A stretch of 64,000 nucleotides of DNA from Elusimicrobia bacterium RIFOXYA2_FULL_39_19. Its GTDB lineage: Bacteria > Elusimicrobiota > Endomicrobiia > CG1-02-37-114 > XYA2-FULL-39-19. The stretch covers positions 8,272 through 72,271 of the forward strand of contig MGVC01000054.1 of the NCBI GenBank assembly GCA_001800285.1, written 5' to 3'. Within the stretch, counting starts at the first letter, position 1. Each line of letters begins with the position of its first letter. A program made the position numbers and the translations under genes. The notes below the pieces were generated by a model that was not told where the DNA came from, did not search any database, and saw nothing but the letters and a program-made list of their open reading frames with translations. Below are positions 29,604 through 40,278 of the stretch, in pieces.

Positions 29604-30488
29604 TTAACTTGATGCTAATAAACCATGTGTTTCTAATGCTGTCAATATTGCGTTTATTGCAGCCCTTGCTTCAGTATCGGCAGTTCCACCCGTAGGATTA
29701 TCGATATGTGCTTGTTGCGCACCCACAACCTGAGTCCCATTTACTTTTAATCCATATCCGGACCCAATGTTGATGTTTCCTCCCTGTACATCTAATTTGT
29801 GCCCAGGATTTGTTGTTCCTATTCCTACATTTAAATTCTCAAATACAACTTTTGTGTTTGTACCACCTACAATATGTAACTTTGCATTTGAACAAGGAGA
29901 ATCGGTTCCTATTCCTACCGTGCTACCATTAGAAGAAGCTAAATAACTAGGTTGCGAAGTCGAACTTGTAATTCTTGCCTCTGTTCCATAACTATTTATT
30001 AATTTCAACTCTCCATAACCCCCAGTATCATAACCCCATAATGATGCTAACATATTTGTCCCGTCGGATTTTTTAATCGTGAAACCATCAGAGCTTACTC
30101 CTTCACCAAGTTGCAATGTTAAATTAGTCAAAGGGTTGGTTGTGCCAATTCCAACGGAACCAGAAATTATTGTTCCTCCATTCACATGCAATTTTGCGCC
30201 GGGTTCTGTAGTGCCTATACCTACGTTTCCGTTTGCAAGAATTGACACTTTGTTTCCGCCATCTACCACAAAGTTCATATAATCTAAATGATTTGAAGTG
30301 TTTCTGTAGTCTACCGAACCATAAATTAAATTATCTGCATTTTTAAACTGCACCTGGCACCAGTTTGTGTTGCCGCCTTTTACTGCTACTGCGCTGTCGC
30401 CAGCGTTTGTTACCACAACTGTTGAGGGGGTTAAAGAATTACCGCCGTCATTTGCCGCGCTTGTATGGGTGTGATTGTCTACTGCCAT
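29604..30488 (-). CDS. Phage-tail-fibre-like surface protein with 'NVGIGTTNP..KL.V.GG' repeats.
   Basis: Five or more copies of 'G(N/S)VGIGT(T/D)xP...KLHV'. These are characteristic of tail-fibre N-terminal repeats. No signal peptide and no phage genes nearby. Confidence 0.6.
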   Translation of the reverse strand: MAVDNHTHTSAANDGGNSLTPSTVVVTNAGDSAVAVKGGNTNWCQVQFKNADNLIYGSVDYRNTSNHLDYMNFVVDGGNKVSILANGNVGIGTTEPGAKLHVNGGTIISGSVGIGTTNPLTNLTLQLGEGVSSDGFTIKKSDGTNMLASLWGYDTGGYGELKLINSYGTEARITSSTSQPSYLASSNGSTVGIGTDSPCSNAKLHIVGGTNTKVVFENLNVGIGTTNPGHKLDVQGGNINIGSGYGLKVNGTQVVGAQQAHIDNPTGGTADTEARAAINAILTALETHGLLASS

Positions 30489-30628
30489 AGTGTTATACCT
30501 TCCTTTTTATTAGTTTTATTTGGTTCTTAATATTTAGACGCTTAATTTTGGTTTGTTTTCAATGCAATTATACTTATGGGCCTGAATATTGTTTAGGAGG
30601 TGCAAGAATTCTTAGTTCTGGAGGTGAT

Positions 30629-30664
30629 TTTGTTTGTTTGTTTGTTTGTTTGTTTGTTTGTTTG
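30629..30664. repeat. (TTTG)9 tetranucleotide microsatellite, about 140 bp upstream of the tail-fibre-like gene start.
   Basis: Directly visible. On the coding (minus) strand it reads (CAAA)9. Confidence 0.95.
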
Positions 30665-30905
30665 AAGAGGCATTTGCTTTATCCCTGCCCTGTTTCTTGT
30701 GCTACTATGATTATAACGGAATTCCGGTAAAAGTCAATGAAATTCTCTTAATACCTTGATTTTCAGGTCAAAACCTGAAAGAAACTAACAACCATTACCC
30801 CATGGATCTCCGGGTTAGTGCAAGGCACACCCGAAGATGACAGGAATTTTCCTATTCTATGTTTAAACGGGATAAATGTTTCAAAAACACTTTCTTTATA
30901 TTTTT

Positions 30906-31010
30906 GCGAAGAATAATTCCTGGAGAAAACCTCCCGGCTGCGGCTTTGCAATTACGATGTAGCCGGTAGAGCGGACGGCGGGTACGCGTTTTTCGGAAGG
31001 AATTATTTTG
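30906..31010. mobile_element. Repeat family C, MITE-like short copy.
   Basis: 'gaagaataattcctggagaaaacctcccggctgcggctttgcaattacgatgtagccggtagagcggacggcgggtacgcgtttttcggaaggaattatttt'. Confidence 0.75.
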
Positions 31011-31171
31011 AGCATTTATAAAGTGATTGTTTTATCCTGGCAGTCTTTAGACAGGAGAATAAACATTCCACCCAGCTATTTTAAGTGATATCATAAAAAT
31101 ACCCGCAGGTTTAAGTGCGGGTATTTTAATTTTGCTTTTTATTCTAACTCAGCCTTTTTAAAAACAACTCC

Positions 31172-31972
31172 TTACAGTTTTACCGGGGCTAAATTGTCTT
31201 TTTCAATATCTTTGAAGTAGTTTACTGTGGCTACTTTCAGTTCCGCTGTGGCTTCTTCATCGCAGATAATCATACCTTTCTGGTGAAGCTGAAGCATGGA
31301 AACTGTCCACATATGATTTACGCCTTCTTCTACAACTTTCTGCAGTGCGCGTGCTTTCTTGTGACCGGTGACAAGGATTATAACTTCTTCTGAATCCATT
31401 ACTGTGCCTACACCTACGGTAAGGGCTTTTTTAGGAACTTTGTTTATGTCATTGTCAAAAAATCTTGAATTGGCAACAATTGTATCATAAGTAAGAGTTT
31501 TTACTCTGGTTCTTGAGCTTAAAGAAGAACCCGGTTCATTAAACGCTATGTGGCCGTCCGGGCCGATACCGCCTAAAAATAATTTAATCGGGCCGACTTT
31601 CTTTATTCTTGCTTCATATTCGGTACATTCTTTTTCCAGGTCCGGCGCATTGCCGTTAAGGATGTTTACCTGTTCTTTTACTGCATCTACTTTTGAAAAT
31701 AAATTGCCCCACATAAATGAATGATAGCTTTCCGGATGGCTCTGCGGAATGGCGCAATATTCATCCATATTGAAGCTGATTACGTTTTTAAAGGATAATT
31801 TTCCTGCTTTATGAATATTTACAAGTTCCTTGTAAGTATCCAGCGGGGAAGATCCTGTGGGCAACCCGATAACATAAGGTTTTGCTGTGCCGGCCTTTTT
31901 GATTTTATCAGCTATGTATGCCGCTGACCATTTACCAACATCTGCTGCTGACTTCTGAATAATGATTCTCAT
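31172..31972 (-). CDS. nagB: Glucosamine-6-phosphate deaminase.
   Basis: 'GLPTGSSP', '[16 protein letters not shown]' active-site blocks. Confidence 0.9.
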   Translation of the reverse strand: MRIIIQKSAADVGKWSAAYIADKIKKAGTAKPYVIGLPTGSSPLDTYKELVNIHKAGKLSFKNVISFNMDEYCAIPQSHPESYHSFMWGNLFSKVDAVKEQVNILNGNAPDLEKECTEYEARIKKVGPIKLFLGGIGPDGHIAFNEPGSSLSSRTRVKTLTYDTIVANSRFFDNDINKVPKKALTVGVGTVMDSEEVIILVTGHKKARALQKVVEEGVNHMWTVSMLQLHQKGMIICDEEATAELKVATVNYFKDIEKDNLAPVKL

Positions 31973-32239
31973 TGCTTTTCTCCTTTTCCTGCCCTACTTT
32001 GGGGCACGGGCGCGCCTGCTTTTGCATGACGGCTTTTTAAATTTACTACATTGAAATCCATTATATAAAAAAAACAGAATTTTGCAAATAATCTTTCTGC
32101 GTTAATCGGTATTTTCTTTCTCTGTGCTCCTCTGTGTCCTTTTCTCTGCTTGCCCTCCCGAAGTTATTGATTTAAATGTAACTAATAGTTTCCTTTATTT
32201 AAATCATATTAACGAAGGAGGGCGCTAATTGGTGTCTTT

Positions 32240-33154
32240 TCAAAAATTAAATTCTTTTTGCAAAGGCTTCAGCCCTTTGCCCCAGCGGGGAAGCTTTTTC
32301 ATAAATGACAGGCCCATATTAAGGCCGTTTCTTTTAGCCAGGGTATAAACCATATCATTGATACTACTGTTGTATTCCTGTGATGGGCTGTGCCGATTGT
32401 GGTACAATTGCTCATACCGGCTTGCTAAACCGGGATAGTTTTTAAGTAATGCACCATGGTATTTCTGTTTTTGCAGATCCCTTAATGTCAGGCACCCGGG
32501 CCAAACGTACTTTCCGCCGTTTTCTTTTACTGCTTTTATAAGCGCTTCCGTTTGCTTCAGGCTGTCTGTTATATAAGGAAGGACCGGCATTATAGAGGCC
32601 CCCGCTATCACGCCAACTTTGCTTAACTGAGCTATGGTTTCCAGCCTTCTTTGGGGTGGGGGGGCGTCTTTTTCAAACAATTCTGCGGTAGTTTTGTTTA
32701 GTGTTATTACAGAAAACGATACTACGGCTATGCTTTTTGCTGCTATGCTTTTTAAAATATCCAAATCTCTTTCTATCAGGCAGGATTTTGTAAAAATGTG
32801 AACGGGAAACCCGTATTTAGCTGTCACTTCCAGCAGTTTTGCGGTAATTTTGTGTTCTTTTTCTGCCGGTTGGTACGGGTCGCTGGAAGAACCTATGCAG
32901 AGCATGCCGTAAGGAAGCCCTTTTAAAAACTGCTCTTCTAAAAGTGCGGGCGCGTTTTGTTTTATGCCGATAGTTTTGAATAAATCTGCGGTATTTTTGT
33001 ACGGCTGGTACTTCTGCGCCTGCACATAGCAGTAAACACAACCGTGTTCACAGCCGGTGTACGGGTTTATGGTACCAATAAACAGGTCTTCATCGGGAGA
33101 ATCGCTTTTGTTCAGGATAGTTTTTGCGTTATTTAGTTTGTATTGGGTAAGCAT
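32240..33154 (-). CDS. Radical SAM protein of the SplB/COG1533 'DNA repair photolyase' family.
   Basis: 'NPYTGCEHGCVYCY' CxxxCxxC plus family-typical flanks. Confidence 0.75.
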   Translation of the reverse strand: MLTQYKLNNAKTILNKSDSPDEDLFIGTINPYTGCEHGCVYCYVQAQKYQPYKNTADLFKTIGIKQNAPALLEEQFLKGLPYGMLCIGSSSDPYQPAEKEHKITAKLLEVTAKYGFPVHIFTKSCLIERDLDILKSIAAKSIAVVSFSVITLNKTTAELFEKDAPPPQRRLETIAQLSKVGVIAGASIMPVLPYITDSLKQTEALIKAVKENGGKYVWPGCLTLRDLQKQKYHGALLKNYPGLASRYEQLYHNRHSPSQEYNSSINDMVYTLAKRNGLNMGLSFMKKLPRWGKGLKPLQKEFNF

Positions 33155-33220
33155 AGTTTTTTAAAAACAGTAAAAGGCAGTGTACGGCAGCGATGGTGTA
33201 TTAGGCAGTGAAAGACAGTA

Positions 33221-33345
33221 TAATGCAGCGATTAAGCGATGAAGTAAATTCTTTGCTGCCTTGTACTTAATCGCTTCATCGCTGGTTTTACCGTTTCCTT
33301 TACTGCCGTAAACTTCATAGCTGACGTTTGCTTCATCGCTGGTTT
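33221..33345. repeat. Repeat family F ('catcgct / cttcatcgct' modules).
   Basis: 'gcagcgattaagcgatgaagtaaattctttgctgccttgtacttaatcgcttcatcgctggtttt ... gcttcatcgctggttttt'. Related modules at 38361-38415, 39751-39845, 49253-49300, 50585-50685, 59851-59935, 60075-60175 and 61245-61320. Confidence 0.75.
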
Positions 33346-35027
33346 TTCAGGAGTTCTTTGGCGTGTTTTCTGGCAGTATCTGTAATTTTTTCACCGCTTA
33401 TCATGCGGGCAATTTCTTCTATGCGGGCGGCCTGATTATCTACCGGTATAACTTCCGTAAAAGTCCTGCCGGCTTTTACTGTTTTTTCTACTTTCAGGTG
33501 AGTATCGGCATAACCGGCAATCTGCGCCATATGTGTAATACAGAAAACCTGCCTGTTTTTTGATAATTGTTCAAGTTTAGAGCCTATCACGCTGGCCATG
33601 GGCCCGCTGACACCGGCATCTATTTCATCAAAAACCATTATGGGCACATCAGACGCTTTGCCCAGTACCGCTTTTAGCGCCAGCATGGTGCGCGACATTT
33701 CACCGCCGGAAGCAATAGCTTTAAGCGGTTTTACTTCTTCGCCTACGTTAGGTGAAAACATATAATCTATTTTATCGTAACCGGTATTTGTTATTTTTGG
33801 CCTGCCGTTTGCATCTATTTCTTTGGTAACGGCAATATTAAACTTCGCTTTTTCCATACCCAGGTCCCGGATTTCTTTTTCTACCAGCTTTTGAAGCTTT
33901 AAACAAACGTTTTTACGCTCTACTGACAGGGCTTCGCACTGTTTCAGCAGGCTTTTTTCTAAAACGTTTATCTTTTTTTCCAGTTCGTTTATGCTTTCAC
34001 TGCTATTTTCCAGTTTTGAAAGCTCCGCAGCAGTTTTTTCGCGGTACGCCAGCACTTCTTCCACCGTAGCGCCGTATTTTCTTTTGAGTTTTAGTATCAA
34101 ATCCTTTTTTTCCAGCAGTTTATCCAGCTCTTTAGGGTCCATATTGAGGTTGTCGCGATATTTTTCTATTGAAGAGGCCACTTCTTTAAGCTGGGCTGTT
34201 ATACTTTCCAGCTGCGCATTTGCGCCAAAAGCGCCGTCAGAAATACTGTTTACATTTTCTATAATCTGGTTTATTTTAAAAAGGCGTGTCAGGACTGAGC
34301 TGTCTTCTTCTTCCAGCATATAATACGCGTCGCCGAGAAGCTTGATAAGTTTTTCAGAATTTTTCAGCTGGGGCAGTATGCGGTCAATTTCTTCTTCAGA
34401 GTTGGGTTTTAAATCTGCAGCGTCAATTTCTTTTACCTGAAATTTGTAAATATCTATTTTTTGGTCCCGTTCCTGCTGGCTTAATCTTAAATTACTGATT
34501 TCTTCCAGCAAACTTTGGTACTGTTTGTTTGAAAGAGCTATTTTTTCGCGCTGTTGCTGTAAATCACCGTAACTGTCTGCCATGTTAAGCTGATTTTGCG
34601 GTTTTAAAAGCGTCTGATGTTCGTTCTGGCCGTGAATATCTACCAGCGTGTCTCCGATTTTTGAAAGAAACGCTACGGTAACCGGCTGGTCATTGCAGTA
34701 ACATTTTGATTTTCCGGCAGAGTCCACCTCTCTGCGCAAAATAAGCAGATTTTCATCAACGGAAATGTCCTGTTCCTTTAATAGGGCATGCAACGGTGAA
34801 TTTTTGGGCGCAGTTTCCAGGTTAAAGGTGCCGGTTATCACGGCTTTAGGTGTGCCCGTGCGCACCATTTCCGCATTGGCCCTTTCACCAAGTAATAAAC
34901 CCAGCGCTTCTATGGTAATAGATTTGCCCGCGCCTGTTTCACCTGTAAAAATGTTTAGTTTGTCAGAAAATTTCAGGCTGAGTGTTTCTATCAGAGCGAA
35001 ATTTTTAACGGTGAGTTCTTCTAACAT
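33333..35027 (-). CDS. recN: DNA repair protein RecN.
   Basis: Walker A 'GETGAGKS'. Long coiled-coil. C-terminal signature 'SGGEMSR' and 'FDEIDAG'. Confidence 0.9.
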   Translation of the reverse strand: MLEELTVKNFALIETLSLKFSDKLNIFTGETGAGKSITIEALGLLLGERANAEMVRTGTPKAVITGTFNLETAPKNSPLHALLKEQDISVDENLLILRREVDSAGKSKCYCNDQPVTVAFLSKIGDTLVDIHGQNEHQTLLKPQNQLNMADSYGDLQQQREKIALSNKQYQSLLEEISNLRLSQQERDQKIDIYKFQVKEIDAADLKPNSEEEIDRILPQLKNSEKLIKLLGDAYYMLEEEDSSVLTRLFKINQIIENVNSISDGAFGANAQLESITAQLKEVASSIEKYRDNLNMDPKELDKLLEKKDLILKLKRKYGATVEEVLAYREKTAAELSKLENSSESINELEKKINVLEKSLLKQCEALSVERKNVCLKLQKLVEKEIRDLGMEKAKFNIAVTKEIDANGRPKITNTGYDKIDYMFSPNVGEEVKPLKAIASGGEMSRTMLALKAVLGKASDVPIMVFDEIDAGVSGPMASVIGSKLEQLSKNRQVFCITHMAQIAGYADTHLKVEKTVKAGRTFTEVIPVDNQAARIEEIARMISGEKITDTARKHAKELLKNQR

Positions 35028-35838
35028 CGGATAGCAGTCCCCAGTTAAGCTTGCTGCGTAAAATATTGAAATAACTTTTGTCGGGATGGGTGATAAGCTT
35101 CATTTCATACTTTGATTTTTTTATTGTTATGGATTGGCCTGAAGATATTTTTATATTTTCCTGGCCGTCTATAGACAGGTTTATGTTTTTATTGGACTTA
35201 TATGCCGGCACTTCCACAGTTATTTTGCTTGCTGATGAAAGTATGATAGGCCTTTGTGAAAGCGTGTGCGGGCAGATAGGGGTGATAATAAAAACCGGAA
35301 GTTTAGGATTTACTATAGGCCCGCCGGCCGCTAAAGAATATGCAGTAGAGCCGGTAGGAGTGGAAATGATAAGCCCGTCGCCTAAATATTCTGTCAGGGG
35401 TACATTGTCTACGTTTACTTTAAGCAGGACTATGCGTGAAGCCAGCGCTTCTCTGACGGTACAGTCATTTACGGCAATATATTTTTTTCCTTTTACTTCC
35501 ACTTCCAGTAAAAGGCGTTTTTCTATTTTATAATCGCCCTTAAGCACTTTTTCCAGCGCTTCGCGCATTTCCTGCGGGTCAGTTTCTGCCAGAAACCCCA
35601 GGGAGCCCAGGTTTATCCCCATCACAGGCACGCCGTACGGAGCAATTTTTTTGGCTACACGGATTATGGTGCCGTCACCGCCAAGCGCTATGCAGATATC
35701 AGCTTTCGGCAGAGTTTTTGAGTCAGACGTGACGCTGCTGACAGACACTTTTTTATCTTTCAGCCACGTTTGCAGAAGTTTCAGTGTGTTTACCGCTTCC
35801 CGCTTTTTTGAGTTATAAACCAGTAATATTTTCTTCAT
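35005..35838 (-). CDS. nadK: NAD kinase.
   Basis: 'ALGGDGT' and 'GINLGSLGFL' motifs. Overlaps the recN start, as in the conserved nadK-recN arrangement. Confidence 0.9.
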   Translation of the reverse strand: MKKILLVYNSKKREAVNTLKLLQTWLKDKKVSVSSVTSDSKTLPKADICIALGGDGTIIRVAKKIAPYGVPVMGINLGSLGFLAETDPQEMREALEKVLKGDYKIEKRLLLEVEVKGKKYIAVNDCTVREALASRIVLLKVNVDNVPLTEYLGDGLIISTPTGSTAYSLAAGGPIVNPKLPVFIITPICPHTLSQRPIILSSASKITVEVPAYKSNKNINLSIDGQENIKISSGQSITIKKSKYEMKLITHPDKSYFNILRSKLNWGLLSDVRRTHR

Positions 35839-36066
35839 TGTTCTTATTCTATAATAAAAGTAAAAAACAAGTCAATCTATTCGGGAAACATGCTTTTTAT
35901 CTACTAACAATAGCTTTCGGTTCTTTTTAAGATCTTTGGTGTTTCTTTTTCACTAAAAAGCTTGTCTTCACACAAAATCAGGTTTTTCTGGTAATTAGTG
36001 AAAGAATTAAACAGTTACAATTAATTAACAATTATTACTTGAGCGGACAGTATCCCAAAAAATAAA

Positions 36067-37293
36067 TTATAACTCATCATAGGGGATAGCCATGACGCGT
36101 TTTGTTATTTGCAACCTTCTGGGAGTCCTGCAAACTATAAACCCATGATGGCATATTTTTGGATGCGTATCTAAAAATATTTCTAGTGATTTTGCATCAC
36201 TGTAATTTGGCGAGTCAGTCCATTTAACTTCAATGGGTATTACTTCACCGGGCTTTTCAAGAACTAAATCTACCTCAACTCCTGAAACAGTTTTCCAGAA
36301 AGATAACCTGTATTCTCTGCCTAAATAGGCACACCGGTGCAACAACTCCGTAATTACCCACTGCTCAAACAATAGGCCCGACTGCAACTTAAGTGTATTC
36401 TTATCAAAAGCCAGTCTTGCCAATGCATTGCGAACGCCGGTATCAAAAAAATAAAACTTTGGCGTAGTAAGCAATCTTTTGCGGCTTTTTGAAGAAAACG
36501 GCTTCAACCAATAACCCACAAACGTATCTACCAGTACCTGATAAAACAAACTCAACGTTGTTACTGCTATGCCTGACTGTTGTGACAATCCGGTAAGATT
36601 CATTATGTTCCCTGATTCTAATGCAGCTAATTCTAAAAATCTGGAAAATTGACCTATGTTGCGTACCAATGATTCTTTTCTTATTTCTTCTTCTATATAA
36701 AGCTCAGCATAAGCCTCCAGTGTAGCTCTTGCTGACTCAGGTTTTTCCTGAATAATCCCGGGTAGACTGCCATACAATAGCATACTTTCTATATCAGGTT
36801 CCGGAAAACCTGGGGCCCAGTTTTTTTCTAATGGCATTTCCAGAACAGCTGATTGTTTTGATTTTTTGCGTTCGCACATGATAACAGGAAATGAATGATA
36901 CTGATGAACACGGCCCGGAATAAGATTTACTGAAACACCCCGCAATTTCCTTGCAGAACTACCGGTAATTACAAAATTATATTTTGACGGGTTTTCGTCA
37001 TATATGGATTGGATGTCGTCAAGCAATTGAGGTACTTTTTGTATCTCATCTATCAGCACTGTTTGAGAAGTTTTTATGGCCTTTAGCATACCAGTAAGTT
37101 CCTGGGGGTTTCGCTCAAACCTTATCCTTTCACTGCGGTCTTGCAGATTAATTACAACAGATTTGTTATCTGAAAGCTCTTTTAGTAAAGTTGACTTTCC
37201 TGTTTGCCTGGCGCCAAAAATAAGTTTAATTTTATTCTTTGACACTGAGCTGGTTATTTTGTTTTTTATCCATCTCTGATACACTTGTTTCAT
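36067..37293 (-). CDS. AAA-family ATPase with a DUF4143-type C-terminal domain.
   Basis: Walker A 'GARQTGKST'. Walker B 'LIDEIQ'. Start at 37293 with GGGAG upstream. Confidence 0.7.
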   Translation of the reverse strand: MKQVYQRWIKNKITSSVSKNKIKLIFGARQTGKSTLLKELSDNKSVVINLQDRSERIRFERNPQELTGMLKAIKTSQTVLIDEIQKVPQLLDDIQSIYDENPSKYNFVITGSSARKLRGVSVNLIPGRVHQYHSFPVIMCERKKSKQSAVLEMPLEKNWAPGFPEPDIESMLLYGSLPGIIQEKPESARATLEAYAELYIEEEIRKESLVRNIGQFSRFLELAALESGNIMNLTGLSQQSGIAVTTLSLFYQVLVDTFVGYWLKPFSSKSRKRLLTTPKFYFFDTGVRNALARLAFDKNTLKLQSGLLFEQWVITELLHRCAYLGREYRLSFWKTVSGVEVDLVLEKPGEVIPIEVKWTDSPNYSDAKSLEIFLDTHPKICHHGFIVCRTPRRLQITKRVMAIPYDEL

Positions 37294-37454
37294 AGCGGCT
37301 CCCATGTATTATTTACATCTTCATGTATTTTATACGTTATATTTTACATGTTGTCAATATATTTTTCGTAGACCATCCTGTTATTATAATCATAACAATA
37401 TTGAAAATGCTTCTTCCTTGATAATACCCTCAAAAAACTGTAAAATAAAACCTA

Positions 37455-38180
37455 ATGAAACATATTGCCTCCGCAACCAATGAAGAGTTAAAACATATCC
37501 GCAAACTGCTTAAAGACAAAGCCTATCGTTATGAACAAAAACAATTTGTTGCAGAAGGGTTCCTCTCTATTGAACAATTGGGCTGCGCCGTTACGGGGCT
37601 TTACTGCACAAAAGGCACGGAACTTCCAAAAAACTTTTCCGGAACCGTTATAACCGTTGAACCTGAACTGTTAAACGCAATTTCAGAAGTAGAAAATTCC
37701 CAGGGTTTAATAGGCGTCTGCTCATTAAACCTTAAAGATAAAACATTCGTTGCCAATGCCGGCCGGTACGTGTTTTTAGACCGCATACAGGACCCGGGAA
37801 ACCTGGGTACTATTATAAGAACCGCCCTGGCGTTTGGCATAAACGGCGTAATATTAAACAAAGGCTGTGTAGACCCGTTTAGCCCGAAAGTGGTACGCTC
37901 TACCATGGGCGCGCTTACCGCAATTTCAATAATCTCCTCTGAATTTTCAGACCTTTCACATTTAAACACAATTGCGGCGGATAATTCCGGCACCAATATC
38001 CGTACAATTACTGAAAAACCAAAAGACTTTGTGCTTTGTGTCGGTAACGAAGCGCAGGGCTTAGCCCCTGAAATAATTCAAGCCTGCAAAAAAACCCTGG
38101 CTATTCCTCAAACTGCTGAGATTGATTCGCTTAATGCCGCTATAGCAACAGGCATACTGCTTTTCGCGCTGACAAACTAA
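37455..38180 (+). CDS. SpoU/TrmH-family RNA 2'-O-methyltransferase.
   Basis: 'LDRIQDPGNLGTIIRTA' and 'LCVGNEAQGL' SPOUT motifs. Confidence 0.8.
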   Translation: MKHIASATNEELKHIRKLLKDKAYRYEQKQFVAEGFLSIEQLGCAVTGLYCTKGTELPKNFSGTVITVEPELLNAISEVENSQGLIGVCSLNLKDKTFVANAGRYVFLDRIQDPGNLGTIIRTALAFGINGVILNKGCVDPFSPKVVRSTMGALTAISIISSEFSDLSHLNTIAADNSGTNIRTITEKPKDFVLCVGNEAQGLAPEIIQACKKTLAIPQTAEIDSLNAAIATGILLFALTN

Positions 38181-38437
38181 AAAATCTTTTTCCTTCAGCC
38201 CTTAATACCCTATAATAAAATATCTGTGCAGGCAGGGGTGTGGTGCCTCATCTGAACTTTTCAAAGGAAAAAGTGTTATTTTACTGCAGGCCAGCGAACT
38301 ATTGGTAAGTAAATTTGAAAAGGTGCTTCCTGAAATTAATAAAAATAATCAAAATTAGCAATTAATTAATGAAGTAAAGTCTTTACTGCCTTGCACTTCA
38401 TCGCTCCATCGCTATCTTTAAAATCTCTAACTTCTGC

Positions 38438-39634
38438 TTACTGCGTTTTTTCTGTAAAATCCTTTATACGGTCCAGGCCTTCGGTAATATGGGCCCTTGA
38501 AGTGGCGTAGGAAAGGCGGATGTAGTTATCGTCGCCAAATACACAGCCGGGTACTACGGCAACTTTTGCTTCCGTTAACAAAAGTTCTGTTAAGCCCATA
38601 GACCCTTCAATTTTCTTTCCATTATAACTTCTGCCTATAAGCTTTGAAATATTTACCCAGCAGTAAAACGCGCCTTCCGGCATAAGTGCAGACAAAGAAC
38701 TGACAGCATTTACTTTTTCTACCATTATTTCCCTGCGCTGTTTAAACTCTATTACCATTTTATTTAATTCATCCTGCGGGCCGTTTAGCGCCTCAATGGT
38801 TGCATACTGGGCAATGGAGGTGGGGTTTGATGTGGAATGGTCCTGCAAATTAGACATGGCCTGGATAATTTCTTTCGGGCCTGCGGCATAGCCTATGCGC
38901 CAGCCGGTCATGGCGTAAGGTTTTGATACGCCGTTTACCGTAATGGTAAGATTTTTTATTTTATCGTCAAAAGCCGCTATGCTTACCGGCTGCTGCCCCG
39001 TGTAGGCAAGTTTTTCATATATTTCATCCGATATGCAGTAAATATTATTGTCTGTTAAAACCTTTGCTATTTCTTTCAGCTCTGCCTGGCTGTAAAGCAT
39101 ACCTGTGGGGTTTGACGGGGAATTAAGAATAAACAGTTTGCTGTTTTTTGTGACCGCTTTTTTTAACTGCTCTGCGGTAATTTTAAAACCCGTTTTTTCC
39201 GAAGTCTGCAAATATACCGGTTTAGCGCCCGCAAAATTTACCATTTCCGGGTAGCTTACCCAGTAAGGGGACGGTATTAATACTTCATCGCCTTCACCGC
39301 ACAGCGCCAGCACCACATTAAATATGGAATGCTTGGCTCCGCAGGAGACCAATATCTGTTCCGGGGCATAATCCAGGTTATTATCTGTTTTTAATTTACT
39401 GCAAATGGCTTTTTTGAGTTCTATTATGCCTGAAGTAGGCGTATATTTTGTCAGGCCTTTATCCAGCGCTGTTTTAGCGGCATTTTTTATGTTTACCGGT
39501 GTATCATAATCCGGTTCGCCGGCGCCGAAGCTTACTACGTTTATGCCTTCTGCTTTCATTTTGTTGGCTTTTGCTGTAATGCTAAGTGTTGGTGACGGGT
39601 TAATTACCTGTACTCTTTTGGATAAAACTGACAT
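38438..39634 (-). CDS. Class I/II (aspartate-type) aminotransferase.
   Basis: 'NSPSNPTG', PLP-lysine 'SKPYAMTGWRIGY'. Start at 39634 with AAGGAG upstream. Confidence 0.85.
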   Translation of the reverse strand: MSVLSKRVQVINPSPTLSITAKANKMKAEGINVVSFGAGEPDYDTPVNIKNAAKTALDKGLTKYTPTSGIIELKKAICSKLKTDNNLDYAPEQILVSCGAKHSIFNVVLALCGEGDEVLIPSPYWVSYPEMVNFAGAKPVYLQTSEKTGFKITAEQLKKAVTKNSKLFILNSPSNPTGMLYSQAELKEIAKVLTDNNIYCISDEIYEKLAYTGQQPVSIAAFDDKIKNLTITVNGVSKPYAMTGWRIGYAAGPKEIIQAMSNLQDHSTSNPTSIAQYATIEALNGPQDELNKMVIEFKQRREIMVEKVNAVSSLSALMPEGAFYCWVNISKLIGRSYNGKKIEGSMGLTELLLTEAKVAVVPGCVFGDDNYIRLSYATSRAHITEGLDRIKDFTEKTQ

Positions 39635-39941
39635 GGTTTGTTTCTCCTTAAGTTTTGGTTTTCCGTGCGGGTTTTGCGGCTGATACATTCTATTATTTTG
39701 GGTATGATTATACGTTTTTTTTCCATTAAACGCAATTGTGAAAACAGTATAAAACAGCGATGAAGCGATTAAGTTTACTTCAGTAATGACTTTACTGCAT
39801 TATACTCCATCGCTGCTTTATGCTTCATCGCTTGCCTTTTTAGTTTAGCGTCTGGAGTGTAGCGTTCCTTCTGCATTGACAACCGCTGCCGCATTTTGTA
39901 TTATTGGCATATGCTAATTACAAGTATGCAAGGGGTTAGTT

Positions 39942-40274
39942 ATGCCGCGGCCGCATAAATGCAGGTGCGTCTGCCGCAATCCGCAGGCCAATTATTTCAA
40001 ACCTATAAGAATCCCGTTTTCTTCTTTAGAACAGGTTATTTTAACCATTGATGAGTTTGAAGCCATAAGACTGGCTGACCTGGAGGGGCTGTATCAGGAA
40101 GAAGCTGCAAAAAAAATGAAAGTATCCAGGCAAACCTTCGGCAATATTATTATTTCCGCTCATAAAAAAATAGCAGACTTGCTGGTTAATGCAAAAGCCC
40201 TTAAAATTGAAGGAGGGTTTGTAAAATATACAAATATGCGGAAAAAATGCTGTAAAAATAAAACAGGAGGCTGA
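39942..40274 (+). CDS. DUF134 / UPF0251-family predicted DNA-binding protein.
   Basis: N-terminal 'MPRPHKCRCV...P...FKP' and a C-terminal sigma-70 region-4-like HTH. Both are diagnostic of the family. Confidence 0.75.
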   Translation: MPRPHKCRCVCRNPQANYFKPIRIPFSSLEQVILTIDEFEAIRLADLEGLYQEEAAKKMKVSRQTFGNIIISAHKKIADLLVNAKALKIEGGFVKYTNMRKKCCKNKTGG

Positions 40275-40278
40275 ATTT

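Noticed and set aside
30548-30730. 60-aa ORF encoding 'CLFVCLFVCLFVC'.
   Set aside because: It is simply the translation of the (TTTG)9 microsatellite. No start context.
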